NCBI GenBank assembly: GCA_951406725.2
Contig: OX597814.1
Span: 146,630,001-146,694,000, forward strand
Source: Octopus vulgaris
Taxonomy: Eukaryota
Length of the DNA: 64,000 nucleotides
Direction: 5' to 3'
Part shown: piece after piece, positions 40,163 to 54,166 of the stretch
How the letters are laid out: every line of letters starts with the position of its first letter
Numbering within the stretch: the first letter of the stretch is position 1
Position numbers and translations under genes: made by a program
Notes under the pieces: model-generated
The model's input: only the letters and a program-made list of their open reading frames with translations
Told to the model about the DNA's origin: nothing
The model's database searches: none

Positions 40163-42893
40163 TAATAATAATAATAACAACGTCGAAAAATACCTTAGGA
40201 ATGAGAACCTAGATCCGAAATTTCCCCAAGACACCTGTTGAATCCTGGAGGGTATATCAGCCGATATATCCTCCAGCATTTGTTAACAACAAACAAGATG
40301 AAGCCAAATATCCGTCAATTGTAAGTAATGTAAATAATGCGTATGAATATATTTATAAATTATTTACATTACTATATGACAGAATGCTACGCATCCGTTT
40401 CTAAGTAAGTTTTATCTTAATAATTACGATACGCACTCTTATTCTATCTCTATTCTTTCTATCTATCTCACTCTCTTGTTCTTCTTCCCTTTTGTTTTTC
40501 TCCCCCACCCTTTCCCTAATTTTCTCCCCCCCCCTTCACCGACCCCCTCTCTTTTTCCCACTCTTCCTCCTTGACACTCTCGGCTATCCATCTGTTTTTT
40601 CTTCTACTTCCTTCCTAAAAACAAGACGTGATTTCACCTGTCTCTCCTGAAAACTCGTTTTCCCAGCATTCACCACTTCACATGGTCTTAGCTTAACATC
40701 CCTCACCGTTAGTTTTTACTGTTTTGTTCTCGCTGTCCTATTTTTGCTACCACTTTAATCCTCCGCAAAAAGCCCAAATTTTATGTAAATTGCTTAACGA
40801 AGTCGCGTCTTGTCCTTCGAAACGCGGAGTAGATACAAACAGGGGACAAATTATGAAGGGGATGTTCTTCATGTTTCCTGTCTCGTTTCTCTTTTTGTTC
40901 ACGTTCATTTGATGTCCCATATATGCATGTATATGTACATATATATGTAGGTATGTACATATATGTATGTATATATGCATATACTCATATATTATTTATA
41001 TTATATATATACATACATAGCTACATACACACACACACGCATACACACAGACACAGATACACACATATTATATAAATACAAACACGCACATACAGACACA
41101 CGCGCGCATATGTATATGTTTGTGTTACTAAGTCCCTGAATATGTGAAAATGTTTATATCACTCAATGTGAAATAGCAATCGTATATTGAAGGAAGCATA
41201 TGCTGTGGCACTAAAGCCGACTGCGTTATTTCCATTCCCGCTAATAATAAATTTTTATGTTAATTTGATCTCTTACAAGAACCCACATATAAATTTCAAA
41301 CCCATGAGATAATTGACTTAAACACGGTGGTGATATCCAGGCAGGTTTTAATCCAAGGAAAGCAGTGAGAAAAAATATCAATAGAAAAACAAGTATAAAG
41401 GAATGATACCGAATAATCTACGAATTATGATAACTCAACCGAAGAGTATAACACTCAAAACGAAGACGTGATCTGAAGATATTAAGAATATTTCTGGATC
41501 TAAATCTTATTTTCGCCTTAGCTAATTACAATCCAGAAATATCGAGAAGTTTTGCCTGAATAAATATATCAAGTCTCAATACAAAAACTCACGTAACACA
41601 TGTATAGCATTGCCTATTATTTTCACGAGTATAATTCAAGGTTGGTATGTATTGCGAACAACAAATAAATTGAAATCTCTACTCTAATATATTCCCTAAT
41701 ACATGTGCATTATAATTCGATTTCTTGATCGTAACGAGATTCGCTTTCTTATGTAAAATATTTCTATTAACCTGGCGGCATGAAGGGATGACATGTAAAC
41801 AACATTACAATACATAATACATAGTCATAAACTAGACCTTTAAATGGTGCTATTTCTTAAAAGTATAGATATAAAACCATTGTTTATATCAGATTGTAGT
41901 ACTTAAACCCTTCCTATTAAAGTGACGATCATAGTGACAACCAATGTGAATGAGCTGTGATTTCAGAAGACGACACAATTTGAAAATAATCGGTGTATTT
42001 TACTATATATTTTTGCATTTGTAAGTGGAAGTCGTTACAATATATACATTTTATTATTCATCATTTTAGATACTAAAAAAAGAAGCAAATAAATAATTTC
42101 CGTTTGTTTTATTTCTCTATTTCCAATTCCGCTCTCCTAATCTCATACTTTCTTTGTTGTGACTATACTTATCATTTCTGCGGTTTTGTTATTGTTGTTT
42201 ACGTTCGATACTTTTTTCTTCAAAGTAAAATAATGATGTTTGATTTAATTAGATTAATATGTCAGATAGTATGTACGTTTTTAATTGTCTCCTGTATTTG
42301 TACACACGCTCTGTTTACATACAAAGATTACCAGTCGGTTCCAAGTGTACACTGTCACTATAGAAATATTACTTCCGTTTTGTTTTTTGTATATATTTGC
42401 TATGTTACTTATTTCTTCTTATTTTATGCAATTACACACGGCCGCTATCCATTTCCCATTATGTTTTCTGTATTGTATGAAATGAAAGAAAATTTTATCT
42501 TTGTTTATCGTTTAACAACTTGGTTTTCATACTTAATTTTATCCAGAAATGTTTTTGTCTGTTTTCATTATTTTGTGTAATGATTAATTTAGTACTATCT
42601 CTAATCATATCTTTGAATGTCCGTTCGGTTCGATTGCCGTCTCCTCTAACGGATGCATATACTATCGATCTTGACAAAATGTGTAAAAACGATGAAAACA
42701 TTTGATAAGAAAGAGTGAGAGATGAATTAAGATATCAAGTATTTTCCAAACAAATATATATTGAAAAATATGTTTTAATATTTTTAAGTACCGTATTTAA
42801 TTTCCTCCTTCTCTGTTTTTCTATATGAAACTAAACTAACATATATATATATATATACATGTGTGTGCAGAGCACACACATATAAACGTGTAC

Positions 42894-42956
<63 letters not shown>

Positions 42957-43484
42957 CACATGGGCACGTATTTATCTATATGTACATCTTAATAAAATAT
43001 ATGTACAGAAACACACACACACATACACGTAAGTACTGGGGTTGATTCATTCCACTAAAATTTATTTAAGGTGGTGCCCCAGCATGACCGCAGTGAAGTG
43101 GATGAAACGAGTGAATAACAATCGATAAGATATATAGACACACATCTGTATACATATAAGAATTCCAATTAATTTTCTCTGTACATATGTGAATACTAGG
43201 CTGTTTTCATGGCATCTTAATCTCCATAACTAATCCCCTTCAGTTTAAATAGCTATAAAGAAACCTACGTTAGATATGTTTAACCTGTACAATACCCAAC
43301 TTGGTTTTCAAGCTTTTTGCCGTGAAATCAGGTTAGTTTCACAACATGATCAGGAAAGTTATAACTTTAAAATTGAAAATTTCATTTATTCCAACTTATT
43401 CTGTGCTCGCGCTCCCTACCACTAACTCACTTTCTCTCTCCTCTCGCTCTCGCTCTCCCCTCTCTCTCTCTCTCGTCCTGTATA

Positions 43485-44246
43485 TACGAGGTAGTATAAT
43501 ATGGTTCCAGGACTAGTTTAATAGGAAACAAAAATATTTACATAAGTTTTAAAATCATCTCCTTCGAAATAGTCACCTTGCGGAGCTATACACTGGTTCA
43601 AGCGTTCCTACCACTTTTGGAATCCAGTGTAGAAATTGTTTTCCGTAAGCCAGTCGAGGACCTTCTGCGATTCGTTTTGTATCTCGTCAACAGTGTTAAA
43701 ACGACGACATCTAAGGTACGTTTTCATCTTGAGGAAAATGGAAGTCCGCATGTGGTAAACCTGACGAAAAGGATACAGAATCGATGCCATGTTGCCTTTG
43801 GCGAGAAACTCGCGAGTCAAGAGAGCACGGTGAAGAATCCAATACTTCGCGCTCCATAGATCCGTGGCTTTCGCTAAACGTTCTCTGTCAAACGCTTCCA
43901 AATGTCGTATTCAATTGGCTATCGAGGCCTGGAGGACGAATTCTCGATGACCTATTGCCACGTTGCTGTAAGTTTGCCGAATTAGTCTTTCAAAGTTTAA
44001 AGCAAAATGTCACGCTGAATCTTTTTTTCCAACTTCCTCTTCATCACAACATTGCAGACTACATCATATACGTCATCACAAAAAAAAAAAAACAATTTCA
44101 AAAGTTGCGAAATAAACACAGCGATGTCACTCGGCACACTGCCTCATGAAGGTCATTGTTAACACTCATTGCATACGAAATTGTGTGTTGCCAACTGTTA
44201 GCGCGATAAAAAAACCAATCCAAGTACATTTTGATACCACCTCTTA
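43485..44246 (-). mobile_element. Internally deleted mariner-type element
   Basis: TIRs TACGAGGTAGTATAATATGGTTCC / GTACATTTTGATACCACCTCTTA; ORF 43608-43901 DLWSAKYWILH...KMKTYLRCRRFNTVDEIQ...GFQKW followed by CIAPQGDYFEGD. Confidence 0.85.
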
Positions 44247-44291
44247 TATGCTCGTGTGTGTGTGCACGTGTGTGTGTGTGCGTGTGTGTGC

Positions 44292-44363
<72 letters not shown>

Positions 44364-44729
44364 CTTGAAGCAGTGTTTTTTTAAAGTAAATAAAATTTTC
44401 TGAGTGTTCTATTGACTTGAAAAATCATCATTTTGACAACGATTTTTCAAGGAAAATGATACTCGCGTTTGACAAAATGTATAAATCACTAGAGTTTCTT
44501 GTGCTAATCATATATTTTGCTGCGGTCTGGTGGTTGCAAATGTACCTTGCATTCTGCACTCAAGGGATTTCTAAATTAGCAAGTGAACGCTTTCTTTCAT
44601 TTCGCATATAGACTGCTTGGTTTTAATACTGATAAGAGCACAAGTAGCTTCAACAGCATGTTACAAAATTGGTTTCGTGTTTTAGTACCAGGAACTACTC
44701 ATCTTCGCTAAATGACATTTGCTTTCAGA

Positions 44730-46268
44730 GTACCCTACAACTCAACGTCCACGGACGCAGACATCCCAAATTAAAGGGGGACTGACAACCAAAAACCTTA
44801 CCATGCATCTCCACACACAACCCTCTTAACAATGAAGCCTTCGGCACCATCCTTCAAAATATTCCCCGGCCAAAAGGACCACAGAATGAACTTAATCCTC
44901 CAAACACACCATAATAAAAAAACAAGAGACAGCCCAAATCTATGAAAAGTCTCTTAACACAAGCCGGAATACGTTCAACAACAAAACGGAAGCCGTCAGT
45001 AAGATGCCGAAGACGCGACTGGGATATGCGTCAATTTAATTGAGGGATCAGAGTTCTCCATCAGACAGGGACAACGTTTCTCTAACCTGTTCTGGGTGTC
45101 AAGTGCAATACATAGGCAATACATAGGCCAAACAAATACAGTCTACGGCAAAGGGTGGCTTTACACAGATCCCAGATCAAAATTCCGAAAAGCAGAAAAA
45201 TAGCACTCAGCCAACGCATCGACTTATGCGCTAATAACAAAAATCCAAGCTACAAAAATTTTCCCCTTTATAAATTCAGCGACGAAACAGCTTGTAGCCA
45301 ACGAATTAGTAAAGAGTTGTTCTTTATCACAACTTACAGATCCTTTTGAATGCAACTACAACAATTGGCATATCCACAACGACCTAACAATAAAACACAT
45401 ATATCAAAAAGAAAACATTCAAAAGAGATACCCAAGAATTCATTAAAAACAGTACCAATCACTACTGTAACCCACAACGCGCTACTTTTAGGTCACTTAA
45501 CATTTAACATCCTACTACTATCATGCCACTCCCGCATTTCTTTTATTAATCTTTCTCTTCTACTCTTTCTCTTTCTTCTTTTCTTCTTCTCTTTCTCTTT
45601 CTTCTTTTCTTCTTCGTGTTGTTCTTTCTCTCTGCCACCTCCTTCCTTACATTACTGCTACTGATGCTTAGAATAACACTCATGCAAATATCAAACACAA
45701 TACATTCAAAAGAGATAACTAAAGAATTCAGTCACTATTACTATCCAGAACAAGTCACTTTCAGGGCACTTGACCATTTAGCATTCTACTATTATCATAC
45801 CACTCATGCATTCTTCTTCTTCTTCTTCTTCTTCTTCTTCTTCTTCTTCTTCTTCTTCTTCTTCTTCTTCTTCTTCTTCTTCTTCTTCTTCTTCTTCTTC
45901 TTCTTCTTCTTCTTCTTCTTCTTCTTCTTCTTCTTCTTCTTCTTCTTCTTTTTCTTCCCCTCCTCCTTCCTTCTTCTTCTTCTTCTTCTTCTTCTTCTTC
46001 TTCTTCTTCTTCTTCTTCTTCTTCTTCTTCTTCTCCTCTTTCAAGAATTCACGACGACCGTGAACCCACAAGAGATAAAGCGAGAGACGGGCACAGGCAG
46101 AAATGCCCCTTGTATTTGAAAACTATGAAAATATTCTTTAAAAAAAATTTTCATTTAACTTTCCCAAAGTTTAATTTTTTTCCATTCTTAGAGTTGAAAA
46201 AGTATCAATGACTGAAACCGGTATGATAAAATTATTTTAGCATTTTCTACCGTGACTATTCTTCCTTA
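44730..46268 (+). mobile_element. 3' part of a Penelope-like element: decayed GIY-YIG endonuclease, partial tandem repeats, terminal HHR remnant
   Basis: LPCISTHNP...KRQPKSMKSLLT...LTCSGCQVQYIGQT..LRQRVALHRSQI...IDLCA...FPLYK...RISKELFFI (44790-45349); direct repeats about 45395-45540 and 45685-45812; GAAACCGGTA at 46214-46223; ends at (TA)n. Confidence 0.85.
45811..46035. repeat. Long (TTC)n tract
   Basis: Directly visible, with one short interruption near 45950-45970. Confidence 0.98.
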
Positions 46269-46554
46269 TATATATATATATGTTTGCTCTGGGTCATTCT
46301 GACGATTTATTCTCTGCATCCTCTTATGCTTAGATACATCTGAGCGATTTATCCCGTTTTCTGGTCGACAGAGCATATGCAGTAGGCCCTAGCAAGAAAT
46401 TTGTTGTAGTTTGTAATAAGTGTTTCTATAAGCCTTTTCTGGTGAATTAACTTTCCTAATCCATTTTTCATATGCAGCCACAGACTTCACAGACTAGGTG
46501 AGTAACGGAATTATCTTTTCTTTCTGATCTCCTTATACGTGACCACCCGTTTGT

Positions 46555-47200
46555 ATTTCGCTGGAGTGTGCTCATTCCGTCATAGAAGACAATGTCTCAA
46601 AATGCATTTACAGAAGCGGCACTAATTCCAACATTCGGGATACATGACTGTTCTGTTGAGGAAACCAACTCCCTAGACGTGAGATACTGGCATAAACCTC
46701 CACAATATCTTCACAAAAAGTGATACCGACTGACCTATATAAATGTAGGTGAAGGAGGGAGAGGCTTAAGATCAGTGCAAACAAATTTTAAATGTCATAT
46801 AGTCTCTCTCAGAGAGCACTTCCTAAACAGCAACAGCAAAAATAAGTACATGAACTGAGGAGAGAAAAATACCCTACGTGTCGGCAGCGAGCTTCTCAGG
46901 AATTACTGGTTATAGGTTTATATTTATAGCAATAATAATTGGTGCACTTGGTTTTGAGTGTAGATGACTAGCTGACAATTATGGATAAGCTGCAGGTTTC
47001 AGAAAACAAAATCAGCCAATTCTGGCATTGCAAATATAAACTGTAAGTCGAACTGAAAAATATGCCAGACTTTTCTCAAGTTCAACATGTGACATTGTTT
47101 TGTGATTTATATCCCAACGATGGAGATATGTATCTTTGTTAGAAACCAACTCTTTCCTCAGAGGAAAGATTTAAATAATTAAAAACAGAACAGAACTTAT
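46555..47200 (+). mobile_element. Internally deleted R4/Dong-like LINE (post-RT region fused to RLE C-terminus and 3' UTR), followed by (CATA)n
   Basis: NAFTEAALIPTFGI...GEGGRGLRSVQTNFKCHIVSLREH, then FIAIIIGALG...KICQTFLKF, homologous to the 32974-33309 peptide. Confidence 0.75.
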
Positions 47201-48367
47201 ATACATACATACGTAGATACATACAAATATACATACATACATGCATGCATATATACATCGATACATACATACATACAAACATACATACACATACACATAC
47301 ATAATACATACATGCATACATACATACATACATACATATATGCTTATCTGTATGCACTCATGACTATCAGAATTAATTTGGAGCTTTAACCTTATATAAC
47401 GATTAAATATTCTCTATTTTTGAAATGCTTTTAATATTAGAAATAACAATATTACCGCCGTCAGTGTATATAACAGCTCTTATCACAGCTGATTGTAGTA
47501 TGGCTTACAGTTCAGATGCATGATGTTGAATAATTTACGAGGTTTGCGTAGGGATATATACACAGTTTTGAAAACGATGCGATAAACTACTGCGAATCAT
47601 ATGTCACAATAATTTATGAACATTTATATCAATTTCATTTGTACCACAACGAAAATGGACCTGCATCAATTAAAATACACGGTTCTCATGTATGATAGGA
47701 ATTGTTTATATTTGATAATTGATAAAGAAAGAAACGTTTGGGGAATGGGGTTTTAGTAATCACGCTTTTTGATTTACTATATCAAAGGTTTTAATTTGAT
47801 GAATGAAACAAAAGGCTGAAGAATGATGGAATCAAAAGAAGTATTGCTGAGCTACAGAAAATTGCCGCCCAGTATTCTGCAAGTATCACGAGATTCTTGA
47901 GATATGAGTCGTCTTGCGACGAACCTTGAAGCAGGCATCTACATTGATGAAATTAGCTACACCGCCATAGCCGTTTGCAAGACTATATGTGAAAGAAGTA
48001 ACGTTGTAACAGTAAGATTCGCAGCCCTTCCCTATTATACATTGTTCTACACCCTACTGAAATGCTACCAAGTAAACAAATGAAAATGCTTTTGGTAAAG
48101 AGAGGTAGTGCTCCTATGATTCTATGTAGGAGAAGGTAAAAAGGAAAAACACTGACAAGAGATTACACCAGCGTACAACCACAATCCATTGCCAAAAATC
48201 GATAGAAGCGGGAATCTCCTTTTAACGCTCCATGCTCCACACAGCAGCAAATTTATGATGAATGATTTGTTCAGTTAGCATCAATAGTAATGCTATTACT
48301 CCAAACAAAGCGCAACATCATTCATAAAATCTATTAATAAAATCAGGTTAGTGATATTTACATACAT

Positions 48368-48480
48368 TAAAACGGTGAGATGGAAGAATTGTTACCAGGA
48401 CGAGCAAAATGCTTAGCTGGTTTCGTGTCTTCACGTGCTGAGTTCAAATTCCACAAAGGTCGACTGTCTTCCATATCTGC
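48368..48480 (+). mobile_element. SINE family D 5' fragment
   Basis: GAATTGTTACCAGGACGAGCAAAATGCTTAGC...GCTGAGTTCAAATTCC...GGTCGACT. Confidence 0.6.
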
Positions 48481-48559
48481 TGAATAAAAAGCAATTAGTG
48501 TTTTCTTTTCATTAAAAATAATTAAGCATGCCTTTACTTCAATAACATTTTTGGTTTTG

Positions 48560-48983
48560 TTAAACGAATTTAAAGCAAAAAAAAAAACTTCTTCAGAAAC
48601 CAAATACTCTTTCCTTCCTTCATGCCAAGTTTGAAGAAAATATCTATTTTGCATCTTACTTTTTTGGTCTCTTAAATATGCTGTATTTTGTGGCATTATT
48701 TCAAGCCAGCCGGCTTTTTATGCGCAAACTGCACGTGCATTTTTCTCGCGTACGCGTAGTATCGATCGCAACAGCTGATGTACTTGCGCGTCCAAATGCA
48801 CATTCCCACGGCTTTATCGATCGCATTCTCACCTGGAATCAATTTTTGTAATTTTTTCTAGAGTTATACACGCCCTGATACGGTCGCAATCTACATATCA
48901 AATTTAAGCGCAATCGGATGGAGGATGCCCGAGATCGTAGAAGACACACACAATCACAGACAGAACAGATTTTATATTATAGA
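48560..48983 (-). mobile_element. Probable Helitron-type non-autonomous element (5' end); left boundary uncertain
   Basis: Minus strand starts TCTATAATATAAAATCTG followed by a TCTG/TGTG repeat, the same layout as 22468-22850; no CTAG end found. Confidence 0.5.
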
Positions 48984-49549
48984 TATACACCATGTTTATT
49001 ACGTAGGTACTTTTAAAGTTTGTGTTGGTGTTTGGAATTTGAGCTTATCTCAGATTAAATTACAAATTGTGTGTTGTCATGCGTATATCAGTATTCAGTG
49101 ACATATAATAAGCAGAGGTAATGTCAGCGATAGCGGAGTTGCTCTTCTTACTCCTTTCATATTCTCTATTGAGTGTAAGAAATGAATGCGAAATTCAAAT
49201 GCAACATAACCAGCGCGTGTGTATTTTATCGACATATACCTCTGAAAAGAGAACTATAAGCATATGTGTGTGCGCGTGTGTCAATGCATATTATCTATCT
49301 ATATGTCTGTCTGTGTGTCTGTCCGTCTATCTATACATATATACGTATATATAATTATACATATATACATATATACATATATGTATGTGTGTATAATTAT
49401 ACATATATACATATATGTATGTGTGTGTGTTTTTTTCCATATTTGTATTTTATTTCAAACACCATTCACTCTTTTTCCATAGCAGTTATAACACATACCA
49501 TTACATAGATACGTATATAAATCTGTGTGCGCTCATACATACTACATGC

Positions 49550-49618
<69 letters not shown>

Positions 49619-51359
49619 CATAGATATATACGTATACATACATATATATGTATATACATGTATGTATATATATTTGTAAATATATATGCATATATATACA
49701 CACATACATATATATATATATGTGTGTAAAGATATATATATGTATATATATATAAATATATATATATATTTGTAAATATATATGTATGTATATATATATA
49801 TACATATATATCTATATATATCTATATATATATATATATATCACGTGTTTTCCTATATACGTGTATACATCTATAAGCATGTGTGTGTGCGTGTATATGT
49901 TTCTATGTATGTGTGTATGTATATACAGTGAGAAATTGGAAGCGAAATAGAAGAATTAAGAAACTGGTGGGAATGTAAAAGGAAAAAAAGATATCTGAAA
50001 TTATCAATTATTTCCAGTTGAGGCAATATTTAGAGAATATAAAAAAAATGCCACTTGAGAATGGATAAACGCACGTCTGTATTTCGTTTTATTTTTGCTG
50101 GAAATCCATTTTCAATGGATCGGCTGCTAATAGTTTATTCATTGGACACAAGGATTTTTTTCCATATTTGTATTTTATTTCAAACACCATTCACTCTTTT
50201 TCTTTTTTCCATTGTAGTGAGGTATATTCCCCCAGATTAAAGAATGCAATGGTGGAATGCCCGGTGGAAATTTGATTCAAAGCATTCGCTCGTTTAATAT
50301 CAAAGCAGCACAAGAAATTCGCTATATTTGCAATTGTTATTTTTTCTCAGTTTGTTTTTGTTGTTATCTGTATCTTAGTTTTGTTGTTGTTGTTATTGCT
50401 TTTATTATTATCATTGTAGTTGTTGTTGCTTTTGCTGTTATCATCATCATTGCTGTTATTAATGTTTAATACCTGTTGTTGTCATATTTTGCAAGGCCAC
50501 TTTTCTAAAGGCCTTCTTTAACCGAGAAAGTGTTGACGTCAATGAATCAGACATTAAAAACTGCATTAAATGCCTAAGCGCTGATTTTCCGTTTTAATAA
50601 TAAGAGCGAAGAAGGAATAATCTAGAATGATGGAAAAATTTGCAATTCAACAAATACCAGCATGGGAAAATAGACATCTGTGATTTGAAGATAATGTTAC
50701 TGACACTTCATTATATTATATTATATTGCATTATATTACAAATATTTGTGAATATTATTGATGAAAGGAGCGAAGAATATTCAAAAGTAACGATGGAATG
50801 GTTTATGGAGGAACTCTACGAAGTATAACAAGCTCTTTAAATTAGTGTTGTGAAACGAGGCATCGTGAGTATGTAAGAGTATTCTTCATCTGGAAATAAC
50901 TTGGATGAAACAATGAAGAATGTATGGATTGAAAGGTTTCGATTCGATAATATAAGTGTTTCTAAATGCTTGAGATAATGATCCACATATCGAGTTAACC
51001 GTTCCTGTACGTCTTGCATTAGAGTGGGTGCTCTGTGGTTATTAAACGTAGTTAAAATCAGTTCAGTGTTCATAGATACCAGCACAACAATTATTTAATG
51101 GTCATCCGTTGGTCTATACCGAAGTCATTTATTCAATATATTTCTGTAAATATTCAAATAAAATACAGTACTCCATCTATAAGTGTCCGACGTAAAGATG
51201 CTAATGAACCAATTTCATGAACACACGTGTTCATAGTATAGCATTAAGTATAACACTTAGGAAATAGATATATGAAGCTGGCATCTAAGAGTTTTATTTC
51301 ATATAACAATTCATTGCTTAAATGCCATATTCACAAATAATTTTGCTTATAAATATTCT

Positions 51360-51402
<43 letters not shown>

Positions 51403-51407
<5 letters not shown>

Positions 51408-52135
51408 GAAATGAAGAAAATGCTGACAAATAATTGAAGTAATTTAAGTAATTTAATTAGGTGAAAGTTCTTTTTACCGGTTGCGCATTTGTTATGCTTA
51501 TCAAAATATAAAAGAGAGATTAGAGTTCCTTTCTTATAGAATTTTTCCTGATCTGTGGAGTGCAAAGAATTGGATTCTTCACGACGTCAAAGCACCCTGT
51601 CACCGAACTCTCCTCACTCATGAGTTTCTCCCTCAAAACAAAATATCTTATTGCCGGGTAGAAATACTGAGATCGGTGTATTGTTGTGCAAGCTGTCTAT
51701 TCGAAGGAGATATTTTAAAACTTGTAAATAAGTTAAATTTTATTAAACATATCTAGTCCAGGGACTTTTTGTTGCCACTTCGTAATATATAGTAGTAGGT
51801 ATAATGCATACATTTTATAATTGTTGTATATAATATAACTGGTAATTTTTATATATAATAAGTTGAAAATATCATGCATGTAATATTAAAAATATAAAAT
51901 TATTGTCACTGTATAATATCATACATTTAGACTCAGAAAAATACATTTAACTCAGTAAAATGCTTTGAAACTAGTAATAATTCAATCCTGATTGAAAGTA
52001 GTGACGAATTATTATATCTATACAGGAAATGGTGTATTACTATGTAGAATATATAATTCAAATTCGCTGGTAAGTCTACAATATTTTGTAGTACCACATC
52101 TAGAATCGTGAAAGAACCATAATGCTATTAAAATA

Positions 52136-52172
<37 letters not shown>

Positions 52173-52496
52173 AAAAAAGGAGATGTCGAACACGAGTGGT
52201 GATATATAAAAAAGGAAATGAAGAAAATGCTGACAAATAATTGAAGTAATTTAAGTAATTTAATTAGGTGAAAGTTCTTTTTACCGGTTGCGCATTTGTT
52301 ATGCTTGATAAGAGGAAAAATTCTATAAGAAAGGAACTCTAATCTCTCTTTTATATTTTGATAAGCATAACAAATGCGCAACCGGTAAAAAGAACTTTCA
52401 CCTAATTAAATTACTTAAATTACTTCAATTATTTGTCAGCATTTTCTTCATTTCCTTTTTTATATATCACCACTCGTGTTCGACATCTCCTTTTTT

Positions 52497-52500
<4 letters not shown>
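51403..52500. repeat. Three copies of a ~190-bp HHR-like element plus an inverted duplicate of downstream flank
   Basis: Element copies at 51403-51549 (-), 52169-52306 (-) and 52313-52500 (+) are identical apart from homopolymer length. 51550-52137 is the reverse complement of 52767-53355 with about 3 differences. Confidence 0.9.
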
Positions 52501-52539
<39 letters not shown>

Positions 52540-52542
<3 letters not shown>

Positions 52543-52724
52543 GGTCCCAGGTTGATTCGGGATTAACCACAGTAAATAAGGTACTCAATACATAGCAGAG
52601 TAAAATTAATTTATTATATCAGGACTAGAACTGTTTATTCAAGAGAAATCTTCAGGAAGCTCCTGAAGATTTCCTGACTGAAGATGAATGAAACAGTTCT
52701 AGTCCTTAGAACTCCTTCTATATA

Positions 52725-52730
<6 letters not shown>
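52540..52730. mobile_element. Short fold-back element with HHR-like cores, inserted in (TA)n
   Basis: AGGACTAGAACTGTTT...TCTTCAGGA-agc-TCCTGAAGA...GAAACAGTTCTAGTCCT; plus core CTGAAGA...GAAA-CAGTTCTA-GTC at 52663-52704. Confidence 0.6.
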
Positions 52731-52768
<38 letters not shown>

Positions 52769-53120
52769 TATTTTAATAGCATTATGGTTCTTTCACGATT
52801 CTAGATGTGGTACTACAAAATATTGTAGACTTAACAGCGATATTTGAATTATATATTCTACATAGTAATACACCATTTCCTGTATAGATATAATAATTCG
52901 TCACTACTTTCAATCAGGATTGAATTATTACTAGTTTCAAAGCATTTTACTGAGTTAAATGTATTTTTCTGAGTCTAAATGTATGATATTATACAGTGAC
53001 AATAATTTTATATTTTTAATATTACATGCATGATATTTTCAACTTATTATATATAAAAATTACCAGTTATATTATATACAACAATTATAAAATGTATGCA
53101 TTATACCTACTACTATATAT

Positions 53121-53871
53121 TACGAAGTGGCAACAAAAAGTCCCTGGACTAGATATGTTTAATAAAATTTAACTTATTTACAAGTTTTAAAATATCTCCT
53201 TCGAATAGACAGCTTGCACAACAATACACCGATCTCAGTATTTCTACCCGGCAATAAGATATTTTGTTTTGAGGGAGAAACTTATGAGTGAGGAGAGTTC
53301 GGTGACAGGGTGCTTTGACGTCGTGAAGAATCCAATTCTTTGCACTCCACAGATCCGGTCGCTTTCGTAGAGTGCCCTCCCTCAAGCGCTTCTTAACGTC
53401 GCAGTAGAAGAATCAAATGACGGTCCGGCCCTGATTGGGAGGAGGGAGATTCCTCGCTGTAGAATACCATACTCTTTTTTGGTGGGGGACGACGCGCGTG
53501 GCAGGTGTTCCAGATCGCTCCTTGTCTTCTAGGTACGGTCTTCCGCTTTTGAAGCACACGTGCCAATCGGAATCTTGCATACAACTTATTGTCTCGTCAA
53601 CGTAAGCGTGTAGAGGCACATTCAATGTATCTGTAGCAGACCTCTTAAGTTTAACGCACAATTTCCCGTGTGATCTTTGTTCCTGTCCATGATAAATCGC
53701 AGACTACAGCAGACCCGTGTGAAATTCCCCAACTTGCGAAGTAAACACAGCAATGTCACACAGCACACTGTCTCAAAAGGCCACTGATAGCTCTTACTGC
53801 GCACTCAACAGTGTACCCTCATCTGTTGGTGCGCTACAGAACTAATCCGGGAACTTTTGGGTTCCGCCGTG
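53121..53871 (-). mobile_element. Internally deleted mariner-type element (related to 43485-44246)
   Basis: TIRs TACGAAGTGGCAACAAAAAGTCCCTGGACTAG / CTAATCCGGGAACTTTTGGGTTCCGCCGTG; CVKLKRSATDTL...WHVCFKSGRPYLEDKERSGTP (HTH) and KRPDLWSAKNWILHD..APCH. Confidence 0.85.
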
Positions 53872-54166
53872 AAAAATGAGGTTTTTCCTACATAGCAAAT
53901 TTAGCATCATTCCTTCAACGATTTCTAGATCCTCTATCGAGGATGCCAACTACTACAGTTTTACATTTTATGTCAATCACTGCTTTAAAGTATTTCGCTA
54001 AATACAAGTGTGATCCTGTAGTTTTCAGAAACAGCTCTGTTCGTGCGCGGAGAGCCCAAGCTAGATGTGGGTAGTTCAAAACTGTAATTAGGAATATTAC
54101 ATCCCATTTTCACTTTCATACAGGTCGTAATCATTAGGGTTATTATAACAAATATTCAAGATAATT

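Noticed and set aside
42104-42580. 158-aa hydrophobic ORF
   Set aside because: TTG start on a T-rich strand, which is depleted in stops; no recognisable motif.
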